From assembly GCF_009914755.1 (NCBI RefSeq), contig NC_060934.1: DNA of 64,000 bases, one strand, 5' to 3'. Below the pieces are notes generated by a model. That model did no database searches. It worked only from the letters and a program-made list of their open reading frames with translations, and was not told the origin of the DNA. Both the position numbers and the translations under genes were made by a program. Below, piece by piece: positions 1 to 11,716 of the stretch. The stretch comes from the human T2T-CHM13v2.0 reference genome, Homo sapiens. Position 1 is the first letter of the stretch; every line of letters starts with the position of its first letter.

Positions 1-554
1 AACAACAAAAACAAGCAGGCCCAGCTCAGCATTCCTCAATCTGAGCACTGTGGGGCCCAAGATGTCCTTCCACCTCTTTCCTGATCTCTGCCTACAGCAG
101 TCTTGACCTGGAGACTCACAGTCCACTGTGGTCTGTTAAATGTCATCTCTATCCTCTCCATTCTCCAATGGCTTCCTAAAGCACATTGAATGAAATACAA
201 AACCCTTATTGTAACCCCTATGGATGGACCCCTTCTCCCCAGGCATACAGACCTCCCTGCTGTTCCACTTACAGGCCCACCCATGCTCAGGCTTCAGGTT
301 TTTACCCAGCACTTGCTGCCCCTCTGTCAGGACCACTCTTCCTCTTCTCCAGGCTCCTCTCCTCTACCAATCCTTCCCTGCAATTAAGTCACAAGTCATT
401 TCCTCACAGCCGCCTTCCCTGAACAGCCGGTATTTAGAAGCATCCCCTTTTCCTTTCCAGTCTCCAATCCTTATTTTTCTTCATTTCACTTATGGCTTCC
501 TGGCATGCTTCATATTATTTATGTGTTTATTGGTGGTTTCCCCAAAAGAGTAGA

Positions 555-660
555 AGAGCTGTAAGGAGAGGTTCTATGCCCAGTGCCTACAAAAGTGCCC
601 GACATTAGTAGGTATTCGGTAATTATTTGTTGAATTAATTAAAATGAATGAATGAAGAAA
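555..660 (+). mobile_element. LINE-2 3' end fragment
   Basis: cccagtgcctacaaaagtgcccgacattagtaggta...tatttgttgaat...gaatgaatgaa resembles the L2 3' terminus with its (GAAT)n tail. Confidence 0.7.
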
Positions 661-700
661 CTGCTTGGCTTTCACTGGGCAAGGTGCTGTCCACTGTTAA

Positions 701-1346
701 TGATATAGGAGTTAAAAATATATATTTAGGCAGATAGTGAGGGTAAGGAAGTCCTCAATAAGGTTTCCTTGTAATAAAAAGCATCCTGAAAATCATTTCT
801 TTTCTAACAAAAAGCAGTCTGAAAAATCAAGCTGCAAGCATAGGTAAGCAAACTAGAAGCTTTCATAGGTAAATGCCGCAGCTGTGCCAACAGGAAAAGG
901 CTACCTGGGGGCCAGGCATGTTCAACCTGGTGGCTCCATCTTTCCTTTTCTTTGTCTGTCAACCATGTGTACAGTGAGGAACAGACAACATGGCACTGGA
1001 CAGGTAGGGAACCCATCTGCATAATAAAAGATTAGGGTGGGATGGCCAGCTTCTACGCGCGCTATGCAAACGTCACACCTGGTCCGGCCAATTTCTCAGG
1101 CCCTGTGTAAATCAGATACGGCCTCCTCAGTCTCCTCTGTAAAACCCCATGCATTTCATTATGAAATCAGAAGCCCCACTTGGGAGCCCCTCTCTCTCTT
1201 CAAGAGAGAGAGCTATTCACTTTTCTCTTTCTTTTGCCTATTAAACCTCCACTCTTAAACCCACTTTTTGTATGTCCACATCCTTCATTTCCCTGGCATG
1301 AGACGACAGACCTCAGGTATTTACCCCAGACGACGACACTGCTTCA
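701..1346 (+). mobile_element. Solo ERV1 LTR, LTR9 family (HUERS-P3 related)
   Basis: TG...CA termini (tgatatagga...ctgcttca); ATTAAA polyA signal at ~1240; flanks gttaa/cttaa (near-perfect TSD); matches recalled LTR9 consensus; homologous to 25982-26409. Confidence 0.8.
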
Positions 1347-3527
1347 CTTAAATATTTTCACTACCTTTGACAGGAAGGATATTTAGTATGTTCTCCAGAG
1401 AGAGGTCATAGTCAAGGCTGCTTACGTGATGGCTAAGAGCAGAGGAAGGGGTCATCCTGTAAACTATGACTCAGCTACCTCATAACCCTGGGCACCCAGT
1501 AATGTTCCTCCCAAGGTCTTTTCCCTTGACATACTTGGGTCTAGTTAGGTGTTGCCAGATGGCCTGTAGTCCCCAGACTGGCATGCTTGGGGAGGCCAGC
1601 TTTTTCCTGGGTGTAGCATATGGCCATTGACTCTGATCTTCCTGACTCTGGCAAGCTCTGAATCTTCCATTCTCCTACCCACCACCCAGCCAAAGGAATC
1701 TCTTTATAGATTGGAGAAAACTCTCCTAGTGTTTCCGGCCATGATTCTTTGGCTATCTAGAATCAGGAGTTCTGTCCTTTTTATCTCACTGTGAAAACCA
1801 TCGAAATGCTCTTAAGTGCTTAGGCTTCTGGAAGATAATAGTTGGAAAGGTAAGTATTTTACTTCCAAACTTCAGTTTTCTTCTCTGTCACATGCATGAA
1901 ATGAGCTGATGAGCACAGAGCAAACTCTTTGATGAACTGGGGGGAAGGAAAGGAGAGAAGCAAAGAGGCAGTACAGTGAGAAGAAAAGAAAGATAGATTC
2001 ACAACTTGGTGAAATGGTCACCTGTCTCCCAATAAGCTATAGACAGAAAAAAAATTACTTGGTGCATGGCTTGAGTTTCCAAAGAAAAGGAGGAATGAAC
2101 TCACTTTTGACTAAGTGTTTGAACACTAAGCTTAGTGTCAAATAATGAACCTTTGTGGTTCTATATAACCATTTTCTTATAAAAACATTTTCCTATAGTT
2201 ATATAGCTTTCTAGAAAATTGCCTCTTATTTTTGACATACGAGTTTGGAAAGTAGTACTTAAAAGAAAAGTTTTGAAAAAAGTAAACACTCTAGAATACT
2301 AAATCTTTTTGTTTTGTTTTATTGTTTTAAATCTTCAGGGTGTGCTGTTTCTGTTGTTGGTTTGTTCATTTGTGTGTTGCTATTCTCTTAGGGATACCTT
2401 AAAAGCTGATATGGTAGCGCCAGCTGTTGTTGATAAAAATTCTACTTTAATCCAACCAGTTTAAAATATGCTAACTTAAAAAAATAAACATAGAACAAAA
2501 ATCTCTTGGAATTTTTAGTTTTAAAGAGATAAATAAAGGATACATAGCAAAGTATGTGCAGTATTTACCCTATGTCTTTATGAATGTTTAGGAGATTTAT
2601 TTGTTCATTATCGTTGGTAACCACATTTAAATGAAGAATAAGACTCAAAATACAAATTAGTTAAAAATATAATTTATTTGCTTCAAGAAGGATGATGACT
2701 TTGTAGCCACTTATGTTTGGGGATTCACTAAGATGAGAGGCATTGATCATTTTCCCATTTCTGTGTCTCTATGTTCAGCCTAGGTTATCTTAAATCTACC
2801 AAACACTGTACTTCAGATGCCTTCATATTTTATAGCTGCCAAGACAGCTATAAAAGAACATTCTGTTAAATTTAAACTGTAGTTGCCTTTTTCTTTAATT
2901 TTCTGAAGAATTTAGTAACTGTAATGTGCTTATTTCTGTGATTCGATTTTATTCTGTCATGCTTTGGATTAAAATTCCCCAAGTAACAGACACAAAGATC
3001 TCTCCAAAAAGATAAAGGTGGTTTCTAGAAAAATCAGCCTTGCTTTGTCAAATAGTGGGAAGGCTGAGTAGAAAGGAGACCTGTGGTGATCTGGTGGGGT
3101 CTGAGCTGGAGAGATGGATTTCACAAAAAGAATCTGCAGACCTGTATATCAGTGCAAACACCTTCAGCTCAAGGGTTGGTTTTGCTGTTTCAGAAAATGA
3201 ATTGTGATCTCATTTGACATTGTTGTTTATGATCCCAAAACTTAGTCCAATTCATTTTGGCGGATAACATAAATGACTGTGTCCTGTAGACAGGAAAATC
3301 CAGCAGCTGGAATTAGATGCATAGCTATAACATGTCGTTGGCTTTATTAATCAAATCCACAGACAGTCATTTTCAGGTTAAAGCTTTGCTTGTATATGTA
3401 CTACCTATCACAGATGGAAGAAAAACCTAGAAAAACACCACACCTCCATGGTGCAGTTGTTCAACAAATGTAAATTTTATTCCCCCTTCAAAGTTAAGAA
3501 ATTAGTGAATTATGGACAAAATGAGTC

Positions 3528-3981
3528 TAGTTAAAAGAAAACCAGTTAAACAAACAAAATAAAACTATAGACAAATTAAAGTTTTCAGAGTTTAACTGAC
3601 CAAAGAACAATTTGAGAATTGGCCAGCCCCCTGAACTAGAATAGGATCAGAGTGACTCTTGGGTTGTCACATGGTCAGATAATATTTATGGACAGAAAAA
3701 GGAAAGTGACGTACAGAAAACAAAAGTGAGGTACAGAAATAGCTGGATAGGTTACAGCTCAGCATTTGCCTTAATGGAACACATTTTGACCAGTTGGCCA
3801 TCTGTGATTGGCCGAAACTTTGTGACTAGTACAGGAGAACGTTACTGGCTGCTTATAAATCCTATGCAGTTATATAATCAGAACCTAACTGGTTGTACTT
3901 CACTATGTATGGAAAAAGCTTTAGGCTGCACTTAAAATATGAAAGGAGGCAGTTTTAAGCTGAACTTAAGTTAAATTAACA
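3528..3981 (-). mobile_element. MER57 3' LTR
   Basis: Minus strand reads tgttaatttaacttaagttcagcttaaaactgcctcc..., matching the MER57 start; homologous to 10309-10725. Confidence 0.8.
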
Positions 3982-4139
3982 ATTCCGCTCAGCTTCAGAG
4001 GTTAACCAAAACTTAAGGTATTGATGCTGCCCTGTCATCACCATAAATGGACTTGTTTTGTCTGAAGTCCCCCTGGGAAAGAGCAGAACAGTGGGTTTCG
4101 TAAGGTGAGAAAAAGGAAACGGAATAATTTTTTTAAAAA

Positions 4140-4381
4140 CTGGTTACTTAAGATTACTTTTTTGTAAGGGTTAGAGCAGAGGGAACTTTCTTATTATGCT
4201 GGAATCTTCCGTTTTCAGGGAAAAACTACTGGTCTGTGTTGAGATCAATCTACTTCTTTATGCTCTCAGTTTGACTATGCAGCATTTAGCATGAATTACT
4301 CCATTTGGTTTGGTCTGGTCTGTTGGGGCTAAGTGCTGGAGCTCAGTCCAGAACAATGGATTCTCGTAATTTTGTCTAACA
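4140..4381 (-). mobile_element. MER67-like LTR U3 relic inside the ERV internal region
   Basis: Minus strand tgttagacaaaattacgagaatccattgttctggactgagctccagcacttagccccaacagaccagaccaaacc resembles a MER67 5' end; preceded by a purine-rich tract (ccaagaggtaggaat). Confidence 0.6.
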
Positions 4382-4848
4382 ATTCCTACCTCTTGGTCAG
4401 GTTCTCACCTGGATTAGAATGTGGCCAAAACATAGTGCTTTAACATTACGTCCAGTTACCATTATTTTGCATTTTCAGTCTTAGCACATCCTACGTCAGT
4501 TACAGTGTTCTCGTGGTTCATTCATTTCTGAGTTTTTGTTGTTCCAGTCAAACAGAGGCCATTTGATATTCTATGAATGGCTGCATAGAAACATTTAAAA
4601 CTTCTGAGAAAAAACACTGCACTAGGGAGACTATTATGATTATCAGGGGGATAATACCAAGAGTTTGGAGCATGTTCCTTAGCCAGGGTACCTATGTACC
4701 AAACCAAATAAAACCAAATAGATCAAAAGATAAGTCACATGAAGAGTCTACTCATTTTAATCAAACAGCCTATTTGTTAATCCCCTGCAAGTCATTGTCT
4801 ATAATATCCACTGCTTTCATTCATGTGCAACGAAATGTTTTAGCAGCT

Positions 4849-4920
4849 GCAGGTTCTTCCTTGTTCAGCCAGTAGATAATCAAGAGCAATTCTATTATCT
4901 AGCACAACTTTAGCTAAATA
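4849..4920 (-). pseudogene. ERV env TM remnant (immunosuppressive domain)
   Basis: Minus strand translates to YLAKVVLDNRIALDYLLAEQGRTC, an ISD/CKS-17-like motif; surrounding frame is broken. Confidence 0.85.
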
Positions 4921-5283
4921 ACTTAATGAAGTTGTACAATAATAGCTTTTTCAGTAGAATATTTTAAAGAAGTTGAAGAACTTAAAGAAGTTGTACAATA
5001 ATAGCTTTTGCAGTACAATATTTTATAGAGCCTTTTATGAGGGATTCCTAATCATTGCTTCATTGATATTTACTCTAAATCATGGAAAAAGAGCCCTAGC
5101 AAATGATAATCATCCAGAACTGTGAAAGCCCCCGGTGATGTTATCTTTAACCTATAATGTAGGTTAAGACTGGACCAACTTTCTGTTTTTGTCTATGGAG
5201 CAAGAAAAATTCCATTAAAGTTCCAAGCCCACCATGGGATCTTCATCTTCCATCTATCAAAGCATAAGTTGCTCATATATAAG

Positions 5284-5442
5284 ATTGGCTGGAAAGTCCT
5301 CCACAAATAAAATTATACCCAATAGGTGTATACAATATTGGCTGCAAAGTCCTCCACAAATAAAATTATACCCCACAGGTGTACACAATATTGGCTGCAA
5401 AGTCCTCCACAAATAAAATTATACTCCATAGGTGTACACAAT
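5284..5442. repeat. 3 x 53-bp tandem repeat within the env SU remnant
   Basis: Units start at 5284, 5337 and 5390 (attggctgcaaagtcctccacaaataaaattatacc...ggtgtacacaat). Confidence 0.95.
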
Positions 5443-6009
5443 ACTTTTTCCAGTTTCATTGTTCACAGAGGTATAGGAAGGGAAAAAATTAAGAGAGGTA
5501 GAAGGCTTATGATGGCAGAGAAATCTTGATCCATGATTCTGGGAAAGCTGTTCATGTCTAGGATGCCATCTGCTTCTGGAAAGAAACTTCCCTGGTTAGC
5601 TTTACCTTAAGGTCTTAAATGGCTGTACAGTTCTAAGAGTCTGGAGGGCCCCTTTTGAGTTGCAAGGTTATGGACCCTTGCAATGTGTGTGGCAAGGACA
5701 GTCTTTTTTTGATGTCATTTCCAGAAGGCTCAGTTTATGGGTTCTAGAACATGAAAAGTTTGATTGTCCTCAGTCACTGGATCATGGAAACCTTGTTTTA
5801 CTTGGTGAAAATATATTCCGACATAATGCATTAAAGCATTGCAGCATTTAGTCATATCAGAGTTTAGGAGTGGAAGATACATGAGGTTCTATTATTAGTG
5901 TCATAAGCCTTCAAGTGACTATTTCATAAGGGACCAACTTAGTTTTCCAGTGGAAGTGGATCTGATTGTATTCAGTTAGCTTTATCAAATGCTATTGTAA
6001 CTATAACAT

Positions 6010-6195
6010 CTTATTTAGATGCTTTACAACTTGTCCAGTGAAACAAGTGCTTCTGTTGCTGGAGGTCTCTCCAGGAACACCACACGAGGGAAAAACACAT
6101 TTTCTAAATGCCTTTTGGCTTTTAGGGGAATGTTATAGCATTCACCTTCTTGCATAGATGGGAAAGCTTCTACACAACTAGAAAAGATACATTGA
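6010..6195 (-). pseudogene. ERV integrase core remnant
   Basis: Minus-strand peptides IFSSCVEAFP (cf. FSGWVEAFP) and CGVPGETSSNRSTCFTGQVVKHL (cf. FGxPxxIxSDNGxxF). Confidence 0.65.
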
Positions 6196-9100
6196 AAATG
6201 TCAATTGAATGAAATCCCTTTATAAATGTTCAAATGGGCCATCAGGTAGCAGAGATATATCTGAAATTTTGATTGTCTTCCCAAGATTATGGATTTGACA
6301 AACCAAACATTGGTCATAAACCACTTTCGAAATTTAGAACAGTCATTATATATAATATACTTATATATTATATATAATAGTTAACCCTGGATGTCTATCC
6401 TCTTAAATATTCATTTTATTCCTCCAACTCAGGTGTATAGCACTGTGTATTAAATGGGTTAACTTAGGTAAACCCATTTAACGGGTTAACCCATTACTTA
6501 ATGGGTTACTTAGGTAACCCATTAGGTAATTTGACTTGGACCATGGAGTTTATTCAAATTACATATCTCAATTTCAGTACTGGCTGATTTAGCATGAAAA
6601 TCTGGCAAAGTATTTCCTTGATATTCAGTTAATTCTTGTCTTGATTGGGTTAGCAGTTTTATAAACAAGTAAATCTCTTTATTAGTGTTATGGAAATACC
6701 CATTTGGAAATATTTACTCAAATAATACGATTCTAAAGTTATCTGAAACCTGTATTCAAGAGCGCTTGTCTGGTTTCTTTCCATCCTTTCCATGAAAATC
6801 CATGAAGACATAACACTCTAGGATTTTATTTGCTTATAAAAATCTAGTAAATACATCAGAAGTTAGAAAATGCATCAGATTTAAGCAATTAACTGTGAAT
6901 GAGACTTAAAATCGTCAGGTTTAAAGATCCAATTGAAAAAAAATTTGGTTATTTTGTGGCCTACAATAATTTAATGTAAGAACCGTAATTATCACTAATC
7001 ACATATACCAAGATATAGCAGAATTTTTGAAATCTCATACAATTTTGGAATACTTATTAATAACATATCCAAAAAGATACAACTCAATGTTAAAAATAAT
7101 TTCTTATTTGACAATGCTTCCCATATAATTTATCGTATCAAATAAGCCTAATTAGTGTCTCCCTTTTGGACACTTCAGGGATCCTTTGTAATATCTCAAA
7201 GTTAGTTTGAGGTCAAAAAGACATAATTTTACAATTTGAAGTTTGATTTTTGGAAGCTTGTCAAATATGTCAAAGGTTTAAAGTAATCATAACAGGAACA
7301 CAGATTACTGTAAAAATAACAAGCATTTATTTAGCCAAAGTGATAATTAAAAGGGTTTAAAAAAAAAACAAAACTTTACTCTTCTAGAGGAGATTCAATT
7401 TTTCAAACAATCAAGACAGCATGAAACATAATTTGTCTCTCCTTCTCTCCACTCATTTTCTCTCTCTCTGCAGTCTACATAAAGGGTGAAGAATAATATT
7501 TTACTGTCTCTATTAATACTATGTAAAATTCTTCTTCAAAAGAGAAAAACAAATTTTACTTTTGTACCTTTTTATTGTCAATACTAAATCCAATAAAACC
7601 TTATGAATAAATCCATCCAATCTCATCCAGCTTTTGACCATACAAGTTAAGATTTCCATAAACCTTTTATAACCTCTTACAACATTTTTTTCTATTTGTC
7701 CTTTTTTGAACTATTTTTATCTATTTAGTTTTATTTATATCATCTCTTCATTTGGAAACATCTTTAAATAACCTCTCAACTAAACCAAATAACTTTTCGT
7801 ATAACAAAAACTACATCTTTTATATTTTTAGATGAAAATCGTTACATAATTTTTAAGAAAGAAATATTTCCTCAATTTCTAAAGTAACAGATTTAGTAAA
7901 TATTTGTTTATTAATAAATATTTAACATATAAATATATTTACAATAAATAGTATGTATTATAAATAATACATAATTCATGCATTTAGCAAAGTTTTTTTA
8001 TACCATATAAAAATAATATGCTGAAGTATATAAACTTAAAATTACATCTATGTTTAATAATTAATATTTTGATATTTTAACTTAGAGTATTTTATGATTA
8101 TGTACTACTTAATTTAAAATAGCATGACCTTAATATTTTGAGTTATTAAAAAAAATTTGAAACTCCGATATAGGTATCCTCCCTAATGTCTTCCCGAGTT
8201 GTGGGTACCAAGTACCCACGTGGCACCCAGGATGACTATGAAAAGCAGAGGTCATCTGGGTCCTGAATTTACATATAGCTCGGGATAGAAGATAGAACTG
8301 TGAAGACAGTGCCTGAAGGATCTAAACTCTCCCAGAATGGCCAAAAGGCAAAGCTGGGCCAGGAAGGATAGGGCCATATTGGGCTTATCTCTGACTTGCA
8401 GCTGATGTCACAGGTGCTGTGGCCACACATGTCCCTAGGCCTCACCATAGTCATCTGCCTAGACTTCAGAATCTAAAGTCTCGAAACCAAAGACATAAGG
8501 TCATAAACAGGACAAGCATAAAAAATACTACAGAAGGAGCAGTTTTATACCCTTAAAACATCTATTAGAGACAATATAAACCTGTTGAATCACTAAATCC
8601 AGGCAAAAATGTCTGCATTATATTTACTATTAAAAATTTTGAAGACATATGCTATTTTATTTTACCAACAATTTTAAAGCTAGTTTTATTTACCAAATAT
8701 CATCTTAGATCAGAGAAATATCACATACATATAACACATATAAACATACAGACATACAGACAGAAGAAAATCTTACAGCTTTCATGATAATTTTTCAGTT
8801 GTCAGCTTTCAAATAGTTTTTCTTTTCCCCATTTACACTATCACTCTTGAATTTCCTGTTTCATTGCCCTAAGCAATTGTTAGCTGGGCAACCCTAAATT
8901 TGCACCTCTAATCAAATAAGTCTTAGGTGAAACAAGGTAGAAAATTTATATCTCAAAGTCACAGAGCTGAAACTTCAGGCCTAAATATTGTATCATTCTT
9001 TGCTCAAATTAAGAAAGGAGGGTGTAGATAAAAGCCCAGTTAAGAAAAGATGGTCAGAAAACACATGTTAAACAAAGGTAAGACTCGTTATGTAAATTTA

Positions 9101-10288
9101 AAACAATACTAAGAGTTTCTAGTGACTCAGTTCTCCTTCTTTTCAGGATGCACAAAGGCAAACACCCTTATGAAAGGAGATTTTCTTTATATATAAATTT
9201 ATTTTATGAAAGAATTTCAAAATAGCCAACTAAATGCCAGAAAGTGGTATTGTGGAGACTGTTGGGTTCAACAGGCAGTGTTCTTAACTCCTGTTTCTTG
9301 GTAAAACTTACTGAGTTTAAGGCAAAGCCCATTAAGCAACAGGGTAAAGAAAGCATCCTCTATGCATGGACTCAGCATGGATAGCTCTGAAAAAATAAGC
9401 AAGCCTACCTTGCCTGAGGGTCTATATTTTATAAACATTTATTTTGCATTCTTCTAGCCCCTAGAGTGGTATAGTAACTAACACAAAAACTAACAGAATT
9501 AATTTTTATTATCAATTAGTTGTTTCAGCTTTTTATTTTTCTTTCATAAAAAGCTTTTTAAGAGTGGCAACAAAAATATTGTAATTTTTTTTAGAAACTT
9601 CTGCATATCAATAGATGTATCTGAGTTAAACTAATTTGGGAGCCCTTATCCATAAAAGTACTTTTTAAAGTGCACTGTTGTTCATTTGGAATGTTTTGCT
9701 GTACTTTTAAATTATCTTTAGAAGGATTTTACCAGTTCTGTAAGCATTTGGTGTTTGTGGAGCCCAGTACAGGTAGGTGTAGCCAGAAGGTACAGTGCTC
9801 CATTTTTCACAAATTAAGGATCCCATTCTTACATCGAATCTTGGCTTTGGCTGTCAAATCTCCTTGATCAACTTAGCCAATAATTTTTCCCTTCCTAAGC
9901 ACACAAGAGAAAGAAACAAAGGGGATATAACACAAACATTTCTGCAAATTTTTGAAATCTAGAGTTTGTACCTTTTGCAGTATTGCCATTTACTGTCAGT
10001 TTCCATCTGACCCTGTCAGACATCTCAGTGTGCAACTGGATACAGTATAGCTAATTATCAGATCCAATCTGATCCTGGGCCCTGGCTAGTTTCTGTCACA
10101 ACTTCTGAACCCAGTTTAAATCAAAAGTTTTCTCAAACAAATTCAGATAGCTCAAAATACAAATTCATGGAGCTTTGGAATCCAAGAAGGAACTTAGTTG
10201 CTGTAAGAAAGCAATGGGCACAATGGGCCTGGCAGTTATCTCACTTGGTCACGAGGTGCATCAGGGGCCACTGGAAACTCTACTTCAT

Positions 10289-10306
10289 ATTCCATTTCTG
10301 AAGCCA
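10289..10306 (-). promoter_or_regulatory. Primer-binding site, degenerate tRNA-Leu type
   Basis: TGGCTTCAGAAATGGAAT lies 2 nt from the 5' LTR; compare TGGTGTCAGAAGTGGGAT (14/18). Confidence 0.65.
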
Positions 10307-10308
10307 TC

Positions 10309-10725
10309 TGTTAAAAGAAAAATTAAAGACAAATTAAGTTTAACAGAGTTTAACTGAGCTAAGAATAATTCATGAATCAGGCAGCCCCCTCAACCAGAAA
10401 AGGTTCGGGGTGATTCTGGGATTTCCACATAGTCAGATCATATTTATGAACAGAAAATGGAAAGTGATATACAGAAAATGAAAGTGAAGTACGGAAGTGA
10501 GGTACAGAAACAGTTGGATTGGTTACAGCTCAGTGTTTGCCTTCTTTGAACACAGTTTGAATAGCTGGTCCCCTGTGATTGGCTGAGACTCAGCTACTTG
10601 TTAAAAGAGTGGGTTAGAGCCTGTTTATACATCCAGTTAGGTTACAGTTCACTATGTATGCGGAAATCTTTAGGCTAAACTTAGACTATGGAAGCAAACT
10701 GTTTTAGGTTAAACTTAATTTTAAA
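10309..10725 (-). mobile_element. MER57 5' LTR
   Basis: + strand begins tgttaaaagaaa (the LTR's ...TAACA end); homologous to 3528-3981; adjacent to PBS. Confidence 0.8.
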
Positions 10726-10849
10726 AGTCCCATGGATGTTCTGCAAAAAAAAATGGATTCTGTGGTCAGGTAAATAGATGAAATTGCTGAGTCAAAGGTC
10801 AGGCTTTAAGCTGTCTATTAGCATATGAGGGTTAAAAGTAGAGACCAGG

Positions 10850-11020
10850 GGCCAGATTATCAGGGCTCTTCTTTCTTAGCTGTAAGACCTTGGGCTATGA
10901 ATTTAACCTCTCCATTTTCTTACCAGTAAGATAAGGATAATAATATATTCTATTTCATAGAATTAGTATATTAACATACAGTGCCTGGAACATAATGACT
11001 AAATAAGTACTTGTTAAACA
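10850..11020 (+). mobile_element. MIR fragment
   Basis: cttagctgtaagaccttgggc...tttaacctctc...cagtgcctggaacata (MIR core). Confidence 0.6.
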
Positions 11021-11189
11021 AATAAGGTCTCTGAGAAATTCTTGAGAAAAAATTTGACGTAGAGTTTTCCTAACCTACTGCTCTCCTTTCTTCCTCCCTT
11101 GCCCCCAACAATAACTTTCACTGCGATACCTATGCTTTAAAACACTCATTAGAAAATTCACTGAAGAAAGTTTCTTGAAATTACTTTTC

Positions 11190-11336
11190 TTTATTTTTTT
11201 ACTTTATTTTATTTTCTTTTAGAGACAGGGTCTCACTATGTTGGCCAGGCTGGTTTCACACTCTTGGCCTCAAGCATTCTCCCATTGTAGCCTCCTGAAT
11301 GGCTGGGATTACAGGCATGAGCCACAATGCCCAGCT
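11190..11336 (-). mobile_element. FLAM / Alu left monomer
   Basis: T-rich tail then agagacagggtctcactatgttggccaggctgg...gggattacaggcatgagccac. Confidence 0.85.
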
Positions 11337-11529
11337 TGAATTCACTCTTAATAAAGGATTTTTAAAAAAAAGTTTAAAAGGGATCTCCAGTGTACATTTC
11401 AATCATAATTCTAAAAGGCTCAGAAATTAAAAGAGAAAATTCCAAAATCTATCAAAGAAAATAGTTTCCAGTTAATGAAGTGCATGTAATGCCACTGATT
11501 TTTATCAGTGTCTCACTGAGGGGAATTAT

Positions 11530-11716
11530 AATAATCACATTCAGCATGTGCTGAGTGTGTCTGTACACCAGACACTCACCCAGCCTATTGGAAAGCCATT
11601 TCTGAATCCTTACAGCAATTTCAAGAAGTAAATACTGTGGTTTACCCCTATTTTTTAGAGACTGAGGTTTAAAGTGTCTGTGTTTCTTGCCCAAGGTCAC
11701 CTAGCTAGAAATTAGT
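11530..11716 (-). mobile_element. MIR, split by the MaLR insertion (continues at 14004-14060)
   Basis: gactgaggtttaaag...cttgcccaaggtcacctagctag continues as ttagtggaaccagaaatgcaaacacagg after the MaLR. Confidence 0.7.

Larger units (their letters stand above)
3528..10725 (-). mobile_element. Full-length non-autonomous ERV1 provirus, MER57 LTR / MER57-int / MER57 LTR
   Basis: Two homologous LTRs in direct orientation (3528-3981 and 10309-10725); 4-bp TSD AGTC at 3524-3527 and 10726-10729; PBS next to the right-hand LTR; decayed integrase and env motifs. Confidence 0.85.

Noticed and set aside
5284-5442. CRISPR-like array
   Set aside because: Head-to-tail repeats with no spacers, in a eukaryotic ERV context.
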